Below, one piece after another: positions 42,678 to 52,917 of a stretch of DNA of 64,000 nt (within the stretch, counting starts at the first letter, position 1; every line of letters begins with the position of its first letter). Below the pieces are notes generated by a model. The model had not been told where the DNA came from and did not search any database. It was given only the letters and a program-made list of their open reading frames with translations. Origin of the DNA: Candidatus Onthoplasma sp. (GTDB taxonomy: Bacteria > Bacillota > Clostridia > Christensenellales > UBA1242); the NCBI GenBank assembly GCA_045633705.1, contig JAZQYV010000005.1, forward strand, positions 24,561 through 88,560, written 5' to 3'. The position numbers were made by a program, and so were the translations under genes.

Positions 42678-45600
42678 ATGATTACTTTTAAGCAGATTGA
42701 AATGGCGGGGTTTAAGTCGTTTGCAGACCCTACAAAGATTAACTTTGATGGGGGTATTACCGCTATTGTTGGACCTAACGGTTGTGGCAAGAGTAACGTT
42801 GCCGATGCAATTCGTTGGGTATTAGGTGAACAACGTAAAAAGGAATTGCGTGGCGATAGCATGCAAGATGTTATTTTTGCCGGCTCGGAAAAGCGTAAAA
42901 AGCTATCATATTGTGAAGTTTCTATTGTTTTTGATAATACTCATAAGTGGTTTAACATCGATTATGATGAAATAATGATTACCCGCAAACTATACCGTTC
43001 TGGCGAAAGTGAATATTATCTTAACAAAAAGCTTTGCCGACTAAAAGACATTACCGACTTATTATACGACAGTGGTGTTGGCCGTGATGGATATTCAATT
43101 ATCGGTCAAGGAAAGGTAGAGCAAATTATATCTTCAAAGCCAGAAGATAGGCGTACAATATTTGAAGATGCAGCAGGTATATCAAAGTTTAAGGCACGTA
43201 AAAATGAGGCTGAAAACAAGCTTGCACGTTATCGTGACAACTTATCTCGTACCAACGATATTATGACCGAAATTGAGCGTCGTCTTGGACCGCTTAAACG
43301 TCAAGCTGAAGATGCTAAAAAATCACTTGCTTTGCGCGATACATTAAAGGATTTGGAAGTTAATGCCTACATTTACCAATTTGATAATGCAAGCACAGTA
43401 AAGGAAGAAATTAGTGTTCGTAAAAAGGGTTATAATGATAACCTTGCAATCAAGCAAAACGAGTATGAAAATCTTCAAATCAAATATGATGCCAATATGG
43501 CAGAAATGGATAGGGTTGACAAATCGGTTAACGAATTGCACGATAAGGTGCTTAACTTAACTGTTCAGCTTGAAAAGAAACAAGGCGAAAGCAACCTTTT
43601 AAATGAGCGTATGTCGCACATTGAGGAGCAAACCAAGCGTGTTGGGCTTGAGGTTCAAAACCTTGAATTAGAGCACACTCAGCTTGAAACATTGCTTGAA
43701 AATGCAACTAAGTCAAAGGCTGAAACAAGCGAAACATTAAAACAACTACGCATTCAAAGCGAACATTTGTCAAACGAATATTTGCAACTGGTTGATAAGA
43801 TTGCTGAAAATGAAGATACGAAAGAAGCTAGCCACCGTGCATATATTGACAACCTTGAAAAACTTACTGATATCAAATCAAATATGTCGGCATTACTTGC
43901 AAAGCGTGACGCAATGCAAGCCAACGCTTTGGCCGATGAAGAAAAATTAAATCATTTAAAGGCTGATTTTGATGTGCTTGATGCTGAAATCAAGGCGTTT
44001 AGTAAAGAAGTTGATGTTGCGGGCAAGGCTAAAAATAAGACTGAAGACGAGTTGGTTGCTTGCAAAACAAACTTGCAAGATTTGGAAGCACAATTATTAA
44101 ATTTAAATGATGAAATATTTACATATAAGTCAAGCATTACCAACGACACCAACAGACGTAACCTATTGCAAGGCTTGCAAAGCAATTTTGAAGGTTATCA
44201 GTTTGCAGTTAAGCGATTGTTAAATGATAGCAAAACTAACAAGCAATTATCATCATCAATCAAGGGCGTTATTGGAAATATTATTGACGTAAAGGAAACG
44301 TATTCAACCGCTATTGAAATTGCACTTGGTGCAAGCATTCAAAACATTGTAACCAAGAATGAAGAAGATGCAAAGGTGCTAATTGATTACCTAAAGGCTG
44401 GAAAACTTGGACGCGCTACCTTTTTACCTATGACAGCGGTTAAGCCTAGAAGCTTGTCAGCAGGTGACCGCAAGTTCTTAAACAGCAAAGGTTGTTTGGG
44501 TATTGCTAGTGAGATTATATCTTATCCAAGTGAATATAGCAAAGTTATTGAAAGTTTGCTTGGTAGCACAGTAATCGTAGATACACTTGAAAACGCGGTG
44601 CAAATTGCACGTGATAGCGGTTATTCGTTTAAGATGGTTACGCTTGATGGAGATGTGCTATCACCTCAAGGCTCAATGTCGGGTGGTAGCAAAAAGTCAA
44701 GCGATAGTTCACTGCTAGGCAAAGAAAATGAAATTAAGGCTCTTGACAAAAATATTGAAAAGAACACCAAATATTTGCAAGAAATTGAAAGTTCTAGCAA
44801 AAAAATAATGGAGCAAGTGGTAGAACTTAGAAAGCAACGCGAGGAATCAACTGCTAAGTTACAAAGCTTAAATACCGAATATGCTTCAAAAATGTCAACA
44901 TTGCAAGCGCAAGAAGATAAATTAAATTCGTTAAAAGAAAACATTTCTCAATACGAAGCACAATTAAAACTTGCTAAGGACTTTATTGCTGAATTGCAAG
45001 CCAAGATTGATAGTGTTGACAGTTTGGAAAGCGATATTACAAGCTCACAAAAACAAATGGACGAGTCATCTAACAGTTCTCAATCAATGTATGAACAACT
45101 AAAAACCAAGCGTGAAGAGTATAATACTCAAATTACAGACTACAAGATTAAGATTGCTAGTTGTGAGCAAAAGATTGAAACATTAGAAACCCAAATCGAT
45201 CAATATACATTGCAGTTAAGCGAAAGCACTCAAAATATCGAACGTGCTAAGTCTGAGCTTGCAAAGCAAGAGCAAGTACATGCTCAAGCAAAGGCAATAC
45301 AAATGCAAACATTGCAGGATATTGACGCGTCTGGCGTTGGCGAGGAGTTGAAAATCTTAAATGACAAACTTGCAACATTTGACCAATTTAAAGCGTCGAT
45401 TATGGCAGATTTAAAATTGATTAACGAGCAAAAGACCGAAACTCAAGAAGAAATATCTCGTCTTCAAAACAAGATATATCAAGAGGACACAAAGCTTCAA
45501 AAAGTTGATATTGATATTGAAAATATGCAAGAACGCATATACGAAGAATATGAGATGACTTATAACGATTGCTTGCCGTTTAAGAAAGAAGAATTTGATA

Positions 45601-46280
45601 TTAAGCAAGGCATGATTGAAATCAGTCGTATCAAAACTCAAATTGCAGCACTTGGTTCAATTAATATCAACGCTATTGAGGAATATAAAACTGAAGGTGC
45701 AAGATATGAGGAAATGAGTGCTCAGGTTGCCGACCTTCAAAAGGCTGAGGCAGACTTGATTAAAATTATTACCGACCTTTCAACCGAAATGCTACAAAAG
45801 TTTAATGTTGAATTTGCAAAAATCAACGAAAACTTTACACGAGTATTTAAAGAATTGTTTGGCGGTGGTAATGCTCATCTTGAATTACTTCCTAGCGAAG
45901 ACCCATTATGTGCAGGTGTTGAAATTAAGGCTTGCCCACCAGGTAAAGCTTTAACCAATATATCACTAATGAGTGGTGGTGAAAAGACAATGACAGCTAT
46001 TGCGATATTATTTGCAATATTAAAATTGCGTCCAATGCCATTCTGTTTCCTAGACGAAATTGAGGCTGCACTTGATGATGCAAACATTGATAGATACGCA
46101 CGTTACTTGCAACGCTTCTCACAAGAAACACAATTTATCGTAATTACTCACCGTAAGCCTACAATGGAACTTGCAGATAGCCTATTTGGTGTAACCATGG
46201 AAGAAAAGGGTGTGTCAAAAATCGTATCGGTTAAACTTAGTGAAGCAGTTAAGGTTACTGGTGAAAACAAAAAAGATTAA
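42678..46280 (+). CDS. smc: Chromosome segregation protein SMC
   Basis: GPNGCGKSN, hinge GRATFLP, SGGEK and LDEIEAALD. Confidence 0.98.
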   Translation: MITFKQIEMAGFKSFADPTKINFDGGITAIVGPNGCGKSNVADAIRWVLGEQRKKELRGDSMQDVIFAGSEKRKKLSYCEVSIVFDNTHKWFNIDYDEIMITRKLYRSGESEYYLNKKLCRLKDITDLLYDSGVGRDGYSIIGQGKVEQIISSKPEDRRTIFEDAAGISKFKARKNEAENKLARYRDNLSRTNDIMTEIERRLGPLKRQAEDAKKSLALRDTLKDLEVNAYIYQFDNASTVKEEISVRKKGYNDNLAIKQNEYENLQIKYDANMAEMDRVDKSVNELHDKVLNLTVQLEKKQGESNLLNERMSHIEEQTKRVGLEVQNLELEHTQLETLLENATKSKAETSETLKQLRIQSEHLSNEYLQLVDKIAENEDTKEASHRAYIDNLEKLTDIKSNMSALLAKRDAMQANALADEEKLNHLKADFDVLDAEIKAFSKEVDVAGKAKNKTEDELVACKTNLQDLEAQLLNLNDEIFTYKSSITNDTNRRNLLQGLQSNFEGYQFAVKRLLNDSKTNKQLSSSIKGVIGNIIDVKETYSTAIEIALGASIQNIVTKNEEDAKVLIDYLKAGKLGRATFLPMTAVKPRSLSAGDRKFLNSKGCLGIASEIISYPSEYSKVIESLLGSTVIVDTLENAVQIARDSGYSFKMVTLDGDVLSPQGSMSGGSKKSSDSSLLGKENEIKALDKNIEKNTKYLQEIESSSKKIMEQVVELRKQREESTAKLQSLNTEYASKMSTLQAQEDKLNSLKENISQYEAQLKLAKDFIAELQAKIDSVDSLESDITSSQKQMDESSNSSQSMYEQLKTKREEYNTQITDYKIKIASCEQKIETLETQIDQYTLQLSESTQNIERAKSELAKQEQVHAQAKAIQMQTLQDIDASGVGEELKILNDKLATFDQFKASIMADLKLINEQKTETQEEISRLQNKIYQEDTKLQKVDIDIENMQERIYEEYEMTYNDCLPFKKEEFDIKQGMIEISRIKTQIAALGSININAIEEYKTEGARYEEMSAQVADLQKAEADLIKIITDLSTEMLQKFNVEFAKINENFTRVFKELFGGGNAHLELLPSEDPLCAGVEIKACPPGKALTNISLMSGGEKTMTAIAILFAILKLRPMPFCFLDEIEAALDDANIDRYARYLQRFSQETQFIVITHRKPTMELADSLFGVTMEEKGVSKIVSVKLSEAVKVTGENKKD

Positions 46281-46325
46281 CAAACAAAAAATATACAACG
46301 TAAAAGTTGTATATTTTTTTAATGC

Positions 46326-47105
46326 CTATAATTTAACTCCATTATTTAGTTCACGTTTAAGTATTTGGGTTATAAATAAGTTTGAATATTCTTCAATCAA
46401 GTAGTGTTCGTTTTCCGCATTGATTTCATGTTGCAATAATTGAACATAATCTTCTAAGAAAACCTCTTGCTTTTCGCCCAACATTGAGGTTGTTTTTTCA
46501 CGTATTTTGGCAATACGTTGAGAATGCTCGGGCGTTATATATCTCCAATGCCAGCCTTCAGCTTTTTTTATACCTGTTGCTTCTTCTAGTCTATGCGAGG
46601 TAGGGTAGCTGAGTATAAAGCCATGCTTTTCCATAATCATACGTTTAGTTAAAAATTTTAATTCGCCAAGCCCTGCTTCAGGGAAACGCTGTTTGATTTT
46701 TTCAGGAACTTCAATATTTTCGGTTTTAATTGAAGCATCAAGAGCAAGGGATGAAAGGTGTTCGCTGTAACCAATTTGCGCGGTTTCGCTTTTTGTTTGA
46801 TTGATTGCTTTTTTTATTGATTTGGTATTTTTTAAAACTCCTGCAAATTTTTCAATTTTTGCAAATACTTGGTCAAAAGTTGTGCGACCGGCAGAATTTA
46901 GTTTACATTCGGCGCCAAGGGCAGTAAGTTCTTTTTCGGCTTCTTGATATGCGAGATAAGTTTGCTTTTCAACCGTGCCATATTTTTTGCCCCAATCGCC
47001 CATAGCAACGGGAACTTTTTCATATTCAAAACCCTTAAAAGCTTCGGGATTATATTTAGTATTTTTGTTAATGATTGTTAAGTATGGGTTTGTAATTTGT
47101 GTCAT
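46326..47105 (-). CDS. VanY-like D,D-carboxypeptidase (peptidase M15B)
   Basis: SAGR, SEHLSSLALD (SxHxxxxAxD), GFILSYP and EGWHWRY. Confidence 0.8.
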   Translation of the reverse strand: MTQITNPYLTIINKNTKYNPEAFKGFEYEKVPVAMGDWGKKYGTVEKQTYLAYQEAEKELTALGAECKLNSAGRTTFDQVFAKIEKFAGVLKNTKSIKKAINQTKSETAQIGYSEHLSSLALDASIKTENIEVPEKIKQRFPEAGLGELKFLTKRMIMEKHGFILSYPTSHRLEEATGIKKAEGWHWRYITPEHSQRIAKIREKTTSMLGEKQEVFLEDYVQLLQHEINAENEHYLIEEYSNLFITQILKRELNNGVKL

Positions 47106-47287
47106 AATAACTCCTTATAACTATTGTAACATAAAATTAATATAAAATCAAGAAATAAAATAGCCTGTTAATTAAAACAAATTTATAAAAAATACTGAAT
47201 ACAAGCAAAAGAACAATGTTTTGTTGAAAATCGTGTCACAAAATAGCAAAAACGAATAAAAAAATAAAAAATATTTAACCTAACTAT

Positions 47288-47875
47288 ATGATTTGGAAAA
47301 TAATTGTAATATTGATTATTTTTTTGTTAATAATTTTAATACCTATAAAAATCAAAGTTGATTTTAACATTTTAAAGCTTTCAGGTGCATGGGAAGTGCA
47401 TATTTGCAAGATAATTAAATTTAGGGTTAGGGTGCGCATTAGAGGTAGATATATTTACATCACAAAAAATGGCAAAACCAGGCGAGAAAAGTTAAGTTCT
47501 AAAAACTATAGCGTTGCATTAATTTTAAAACTTATAAATGAAACATACTTTAGAACCGAATTAAATCAGCTAACTATTAAAAGTGAAATTGGGTATTGCA
47601 ACAACGCCATGGTATCGGCAATAGGGTGTTCGGTTGTAGATATTATAACCAAATGCTCCAAGGCGAGAATTGCGCATAATAAAAAAGCTGCACATATTTT
47701 TGTGTTAAATGAACCAAAATATAATGGAGATTACTTAAATATTAAGCTGGAAAGTGATATTAAAATATCTATATTTGATATTGTATATTCGCTGACTAGC
47801 ACATTGTTAAGTTTGAAGGGAGATAATTATGAAAGAGAGAAGGCAGTGCACGAACAAAATCAAGAATTTGATTGA
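47288..47875 (+). CDS. YtfI/DUF2953-like sporulation membrane protein
   Basis: N-terminal TM; precedes ytfJ and dacB. Confidence 0.6.
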   Translation: MIWKIIVILIIFLLIILIPIKIKVDFNILKLSGAWEVHICKIIKFRVRVRIRGRYIYITKNGKTRREKLSSKNYSVALILKLINETYFRTELNQLTIKSEIGYCNNAMVSAIGCSVVDIITKCSKARIAHNKKAAHIFVLNEPKYNGDYLNIKLESDIKISIFDIVYSLTSTLLSLKGDNYEREKAVHEQNQEFD

Positions 47876-48218
47876 TTCGTCATTAGACAGTTTAAGGGGA
47901 ATGGTGGACGTTAACTGTGTTATTGGCGACCCAGTAACCTTGCCTGACAATAGCACTATTATACCAATATCTAAAGTATCGGTTGGCTTTGTGTCTGGCG
48001 GTGGAGAATATAGCGATTTAAACTCAAAACGTAATATGGATGAATTTCCCATGGCAGGTGGAACTGGTGGAGGGTATTCGGTTGCACCTATTGGTTTTTT
48101 TGTGCTTAAGGGCGATAAATTTAAGTTGGTGCATGCAGACAAGTCATCGGCATATATGACATTGCTTAAGAACGTGACAGAAGTGTTAAAAGCGCTAGCC
48201 GAGAAAAAGGAGAAGTAG
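47829..48218 (+). CDS. ytfJ: Sporulation protein YtfJ/GerW
   Basis: VDVNCVIGDPV, IIPISKVSVGFVSGGGE and GGTGGG..PIGF. Confidence 0.88.
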   Translation: MKERRQCTNKIKNLIDSSLDSLRGMVDVNCVIGDPVTLPDNSTIIPISKVSVGFVSGGGEYSDLNSKRNMDEFPMAGGTGGGYSVAPIGFFVLKGDKFKLVHADKSSAYMTLLKNVTEVLKALAEKKEK

Positions 48219-49364
48219 ATGAAACTAAAATATAAAGTAATATTTTCAGTACTGTTATGTTGTTTAATATTTACAGGCGTGGGGTTTAGTACTGCACAAA
48301 TAAAGAATGTACAAGCGGTGTCACTAACTAGCGCCAAAGGTATGTGCGTGTTAGAACAAAGCAGTAAAAAGGTGTTGTACCAAAAAGATATGGATAAAAT
48401 TTTGGCAAACGCATCAACCACCAAAGTTGTAACTGCAATTACAGCAATACAAAACTGCAAGGATTTAGATGAGGTTATAACAGTGCACAACAAAAGTATT
48501 GGCGTGGAAGGCACATCAATATATTTAAGAAAAGGCGAACAAATGTCGGTAAGAGATTTGTTATATGGCCTAATGTTGAGGTCGGGTAACGATAGTGCAG
48601 TAGCACTGGCATATCACATTGGAGGAACTGAAGAAAATTTTGTAAATATGATGAATGAGTTATGTGCAAGTATTGGGACTAAAAACACTCATTTTGCAAA
48701 CCCTCATGGGCTAGACGAGGCAGAGCATTATACAACCGCATACGACCTTGCACTGGTTACTGCTTATGCCTTAAGCAATCCAATATTTGCTGAAATCGTT
48801 TCAACCAAACATTACACAATCGAAGCAACAAATTTAAGCGAAAAACGATATTTAACCAACAAAAATAGACTGCTTAATAGCCTTGATGGTTGCGTTGGGG
48901 TTAAAACTGGATTTACTTCACGCGCAGGGCGTTGTTTAGTAAGCGCCATCAAGCGAAACGGAATAACACTAGTTTGTGTTGTGTTAAATTGTGGACCAAT
49001 GTTTGAAGAAAGTGTAGCACTGTTAAATAATGCTTATAACAATTATGATTTTAGCCCAATAGTGACAAAAAATGAGCCAATATATAATGAATATTATCAC
49101 GACAACAAGCGTGGAGAGTTATGTTTGTATTGTGATGAAACGTATATTTTGCCAGTATTAAAAACTGAAATTGACAAAATTAAGGTTGTGTATAGTTTGT
49201 TTGCGCTAAAAAACGACATAAAAGAAGATGAAATCGTGGGAGAAATTTCAGTATTTTATGATAATCACTTGCAAAAAACCTTAAAATTGTATACAATAAA
49301 TAAGATTGATGTGCTTGAAAATCAAGATATATTCAATTCAATAAAATTACAATGGGAAAAATAG
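48219..49364 (+). CDS. dacB: D-alanyl-D-alanine carboxypeptidase DacB-like (peptidase S11)
   Basis: Signal peptide; STTK, SGN and KTG motifs; NPHGL. Confidence 0.85.
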   Translation: MKLKYKVIFSVLLCCLIFTGVGFSTAQIKNVQAVSLTSAKGMCVLEQSSKKVLYQKDMDKILANASTTKVVTAITAIQNCKDLDEVITVHNKSIGVEGTSIYLRKGEQMSVRDLLYGLMLRSGNDSAVALAYHIGGTEENFVNMMNELCASIGTKNTHFANPHGLDEAEHYTTAYDLALVTAYALSNPIFAEIVSTKHYTIEATNLSEKRYLTNKNRLLNSLDGCVGVKTGFTSRAGRCLVSAIKRNGITLVCVVLNCGPMFEESVALLNNAYNNYDFSPIVTKNEPIYNEYYHDNKRGELCLYCDETYILPVLKTEIDKIKVVYSLFALKNDIKEDEIVGEISVFYDNHLQKTLKLYTINKIDVLENQDIFNSIKLQWEK

Positions 49365-50075
49365 ATGAGAATTAACAAATTTTTAGCAGATTGCGGGGTT
49401 GCTTCTCGCAGAAAATGTGACGAATTGATATTACAAGGCAAAGTTAAAGTAAACAACAAAGTGGTGCGTGAATTAGGGCTTGACATTAAGCCAACTGACG
49501 TTGTGTTGTTTGAAAATAGGGCAGTAAGGCCAAGCGTTAAGCGTGTATACTATAAGTTGCACAAGCCAAAGGGATATGTAACTACCGCCAACGACGAAAA
49601 AGGACGCAAGACCGTTGTTGAACTTATGCGTAAGGTACAAGAACGTGTTTATCCAATAGGACGTTTGGATTATGACACTGAAGGGTTGTTGATATTAACC
49701 AACGATGGAGATATTACCAATATTTTAACACATCCAAAGAATATGGTTAAGAAAACATATGTGGCCTCTATTGAAGGCGAAATAGCCACCGAAGATGTTA
49801 AAAAGATATCAAAAGGTGTTGATATTGGCGGATATGTTACTCAACCTTGCAGCGTTCAAGTGTTGGATAAGGACGAAAAGTTTACACGTGTTGAAATAAC
49901 AATTACCGAGGGTAAAAATCATCAAGTTAAAAAGATGTTTGAAGCTGTTGGTAAAAACGTTGCTTTCCTAAAACGTGTTAGCATTGGTGAAATTAAGTTG
50001 GGCGGTTTGGCGCGCGGCGAATATAAAACACTTACAACAAAAGAAATTGCGTATTTAAAGAGTTTGCAAAAATGA
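49365..50075 (+). CDS. rluB: Pseudouridine synthase RluB/RsuA family
   Basis: S4 domain ASRRKCD, GRLDYDTEGL and EGKNHQVK. Confidence 0.88.
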   Translation: MRINKFLADCGVASRRKCDELILQGKVKVNNKVVRELGLDIKPTDVVLFENRAVRPSVKRVYYKLHKPKGYVTTANDEKGRKTVVELMRKVQERVYPIGRLDYDTEGLLILTNDGDITNILTHPKNMVKKTYVASIEGEIATEDVKKISKGVDIGGYVTQPCSVQVLDKDEKFTRVEITITEGKNHQVKKMFEAVGKNVAFLKRVSIGEIKLGGLARGEYKTLTTKEIAYLKSLQK

Positions 50076-51298
50076 GAATTTATGATTTAATAATAATAGG
50101 AGCAGGAGCATCTGGTTGCATGGCAGGAATGTCGGCAGGAAGACGGGGTGCTTCTGTTTTGCTACTTGAAAAAAATGAAAAGATTGGCAAGAAGATATAC
50201 ATTACAGGAAAGGGTAGATGCAACCTTACCAACAATAGCGATATTGAAAACCACTTAAACAATACAATTCGTGGCGCAAAGTTTATGAATGGGGCAATCA
50301 GACAATTTAGTCCAGCGGACACCATTGAGTTATTTGAAACCTTTGTTCCGCTTAAAACCGAACACGGTAATAGAGTATTTCCAGTAAGCGACAAATCAAG
50401 TGACATTATATCGGCCCTTAACAAAATGCTAAACAATGCAGGGATTGAGGTTAAGCTTGATACACAAGTTAAAAACATAACAAAACAAGATGATATATTC
50501 AATATATTGTGTAGTAATAATCAAGAATACAAAACATATAGTGTGTTGATTGCAACTGGTGGAAAAAGTTACTCGGCAACAGGCAGTAATGGTGATGGCT
50601 ATAAATTTGCCGCAAGTTTTGGTCATAATATTGTTGATATTAAGCCAGCACTTGTACCAATTATTGTAAAGGAAAGCGTGAAAGAATTAGAGGGCTTATC
50701 GCTTAAATTTGTAGAAGCGAGTGTAGAGATTGGTGGTAAAATTGTTGCAAAAGAGTTTGGCGAAATGTTGTTTACAGACAATGGAGTAAGTGGCCCGATT
50801 ATTTTAACGTTATCTAGTAAAATAAATCGCCAAGACCTTACGAACGCAAAATTAAATATCGATTTTAAGCCAAAGTTAAGCGAACAGATGCTCAATGATA
50901 AATTTTTGCGAGAGTTTGAAGAATATGCAAAGAAAAATCTTTCAACATATTTAAAAACTTTGTTGCCAACAAGTATTGTGCAATATTTTATGTCAAAATT
51001 TGGATTGCCAGACAAAAAAGTTAGTGAAATAACTAAAAATGAGAGGAATATATTAATTAATGGGCTTAAAAAATTTGACTTATCTATAAAATTATTAGAT
51101 AATATAGAGAAAGCAATTATCACTAGCGGAGGGGTTGACATTAAAGAAGTGTCGCCTAAAAACTTTGAAAGCAAGCTTGTATCAAATTTATATTTTGCAG
51201 GGGAAGTATTAGATATTGATGCCCTTACTGGAGGATATAATTTGCAGATTGCATTTTCTAGTGGTTATGTTGTAGGAAATAGTGTGAGGTTGAAATGA
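50072..51298 (+). CDS. HI0933/BaiN-family NAD(P)/FAD-dependent oxidoreductase
   Basis: IGAGASG, TGKGRCNLTN, ATGG and GGYNLQ. Confidence 0.92.
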   Translation: MRIYDLIIIGAGASGCMAGMSAGRRGASVLLLEKNEKIGKKIYITGKGRCNLTNNSDIENHLNNTIRGAKFMNGAIRQFSPADTIELFETFVPLKTEHGNRVFPVSDKSSDIISALNKMLNNAGIEVKLDTQVKNITKQDDIFNILCSNNQEYKTYSVLIATGGKSYSATGSNGDGYKFAASFGHNIVDIKPALVPIIVKESVKELEGLSLKFVEASVEIGGKIVAKEFGEMLFTDNGVSGPIILTLSSKINRQDLTNAKLNIDFKPKLSEQMLNDKFLREFEEYAKKNLSTYLKTLLPTSIVQYFMSKFGLPDKKVSEITKNERNILINGLKKFDLSIKLLDNIEKAIITSGGVDIKEVSPKNFESKLVSNLYFAGEVLDIDALTGGYNLQIAFSSGYVVGNSVRLK

Positions 51299-51915
51299 TA
51301 TTTTGGATTTGTTTTGCAATTTTATTTTTGCCATTAACAATTTTTTTTCCAACAAGGGTTGTTAATCGCAAAAGATTGCCAAAAGCTAAAAAGCAGAATG
51401 TGATATTGGCGTGTAATCATATGAGCAACTTTGATTTGCCGCTGGTTGCAATTAATTTTAGGCGAAAGTTTACATATATTGGCAAGGCTGAATTATTTAA
51501 AAATAAGCTGTTTGGCTGGCTATTGAAAAAGTTTGATGTAATACCAGTTGACAGAACTAAGGCGGATTTGGGTGCAATTAAAAAGGTGCTTGGCGCGATT
51601 GCCCGTAAGCGCCATGTATGTGTATGTCCTCAGGGTACGCGCAGTAAGCCTGGCGAAATTGATGAAAACACAGTAAAAGATGGGATTTCCTTATTTGCGT
51701 TGCGCACAGGTACGCCAGTTTTGCCAATTGTAATATTGAAAAAACCTAAAATTTTTAGATTTAATAAAATTGTTGTAGGCGAATTGATTTATCCAGATAT
51801 GGAAAGGGCAAAGGACAAAGAATATAGCGAAGAATTTACTAAATTAATAGTAGCAAAAATGAACGAATTGTTGGCAAGCGGAGGTAAAAATGCAAACAAA
51901 AATGAACGAAGTTAA
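51295..51915 (+). CDS. plsC: 1-acyl-sn-glycerol-3-phosphate acyltransferase
   Basis: NHMSNFD (HxxxxD) and PQGTRS. Confidence 0.85.
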   Translation: MIFWICFAILFLPLTIFFPTRVVNRKRLPKAKKQNVILACNHMSNFDLPLVAINFRRKFTYIGKAELFKNKLFGWLLKKFDVIPVDRTKADLGAIKKVLGAIARKRHVCVCPQGTRSKPGEIDENTVKDGISLFALRTGTPVLPIVILKKPKIFRFNKIVVGELIYPDMERAKDKEYSEEFTKLIVAKMNELLASGGKNANKNERS

Positions 51916-52909
51916 TATTAAATTTACCCATTATAAACGTGGTGATATAATAACAGGAACAATTGTTATGATAACCAAGCGTGGAGCCGTTGTTAATATT
52001 GGTGGAATGAAAGATGGAGTTGTGCCAATTGATGAGCTTGACAGCGTGTACAAGGAGGGCGATGCAATACTTGTTATGGTTACCGACAAAGTTGATGAAT
52101 ATGGCTGTGTTGTGTTAGATGCAAAAAACGTAAACAAGGCCATTGAGCAACGTGAAAAAGTTAAGGATTTAAAAATTGGTTCTACATTTACATTTATAGT
52201 AAAAGACATTGGAACTGCAGGCATAAGAGGCGAGGCATATGGATTTAATGTGTTTTTACCATATTCACAATGCGCTAAAGACGATTATGTAAGCCGTGAT
52301 AATTTAAAGGATAGAGAGATTGATGCTGTTATTATTGAACTAAATAGTTTGCAAAAATCAATTGTTTGTAGCACTAAGCTATTGCAAAAAGTTGTTGATT
52401 ATTCTGAAATTGAAATTAACGTAAACGACATTGTAACAGGTGTTCCAATTAAGGTTATGGATAAATATGCAATTATTATGTTGCAAGACGGATTAAAAGC
52501 TAAATTAAACATTCAAGATGCAAGCTATGAGCATATTAACAACCTTAACGAAGTTGTTGAAGAAAATAAAGAATATCAATTTAAGGTTCTTGATAAAACT
52601 ATTGATAATTCAAAGATTAGCGTTGGTTTAAAGCAAATGAGCAAAAACCCATTAGATGCGGTTTTTGCAGAAATTAATCTTGGAGATGAACATACTGGAG
52701 TGGTTGAAAAAATATTCCCAAGTGGAGCCATGATAAGGCTTGATAATGGTTTGACAGCTTTTGCTTTAACACGTGAAAACAGCGAAAATGTAAATACTGC
52801 AACACACCATATCTACAAGCTTGGAGCAACAGTTAGTGGATACATTAGCAATATAGACATTGAAAATCATAAATTAAATATTATAACTCTTAAGAAAAAA
52901 GAACAATAG
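51890..52909 (+). CDS. rpsA: S1-domain protein (RpsA-like, about 4 S1 repeats, divergent)
   Basis: Repeated GxIxxGxV..GAxV S1 motifs; position after plsC. Confidence 0.7.
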   Translation: MQTKMNEVNIKFTHYKRGDIITGTIVMITKRGAVVNIGGMKDGVVPIDELDSVYKEGDAILVMVTDKVDEYGCVVLDAKNVNKAIEQREKVKDLKIGSTFTFIVKDIGTAGIRGEAYGFNVFLPYSQCAKDDYVSRDNLKDREIDAVIIELNSLQKSIVCSTKLLQKVVDYSEIEINVNDIVTGVPIKVMDKYAIIMLQDGLKAKLNIQDASYEHINNLNEVVEENKEYQFKVLDKTIDNSKISVGLKQMSKNPLDAVFAEINLGDEHTGVVEKIFPSGAMIRLDNGLTAFALTRENSENVNTATHHIYKLGATVSGYISNIDIENHKLNIITLKKKEQ

Positions 52910-52917
52910 GGGGAACT

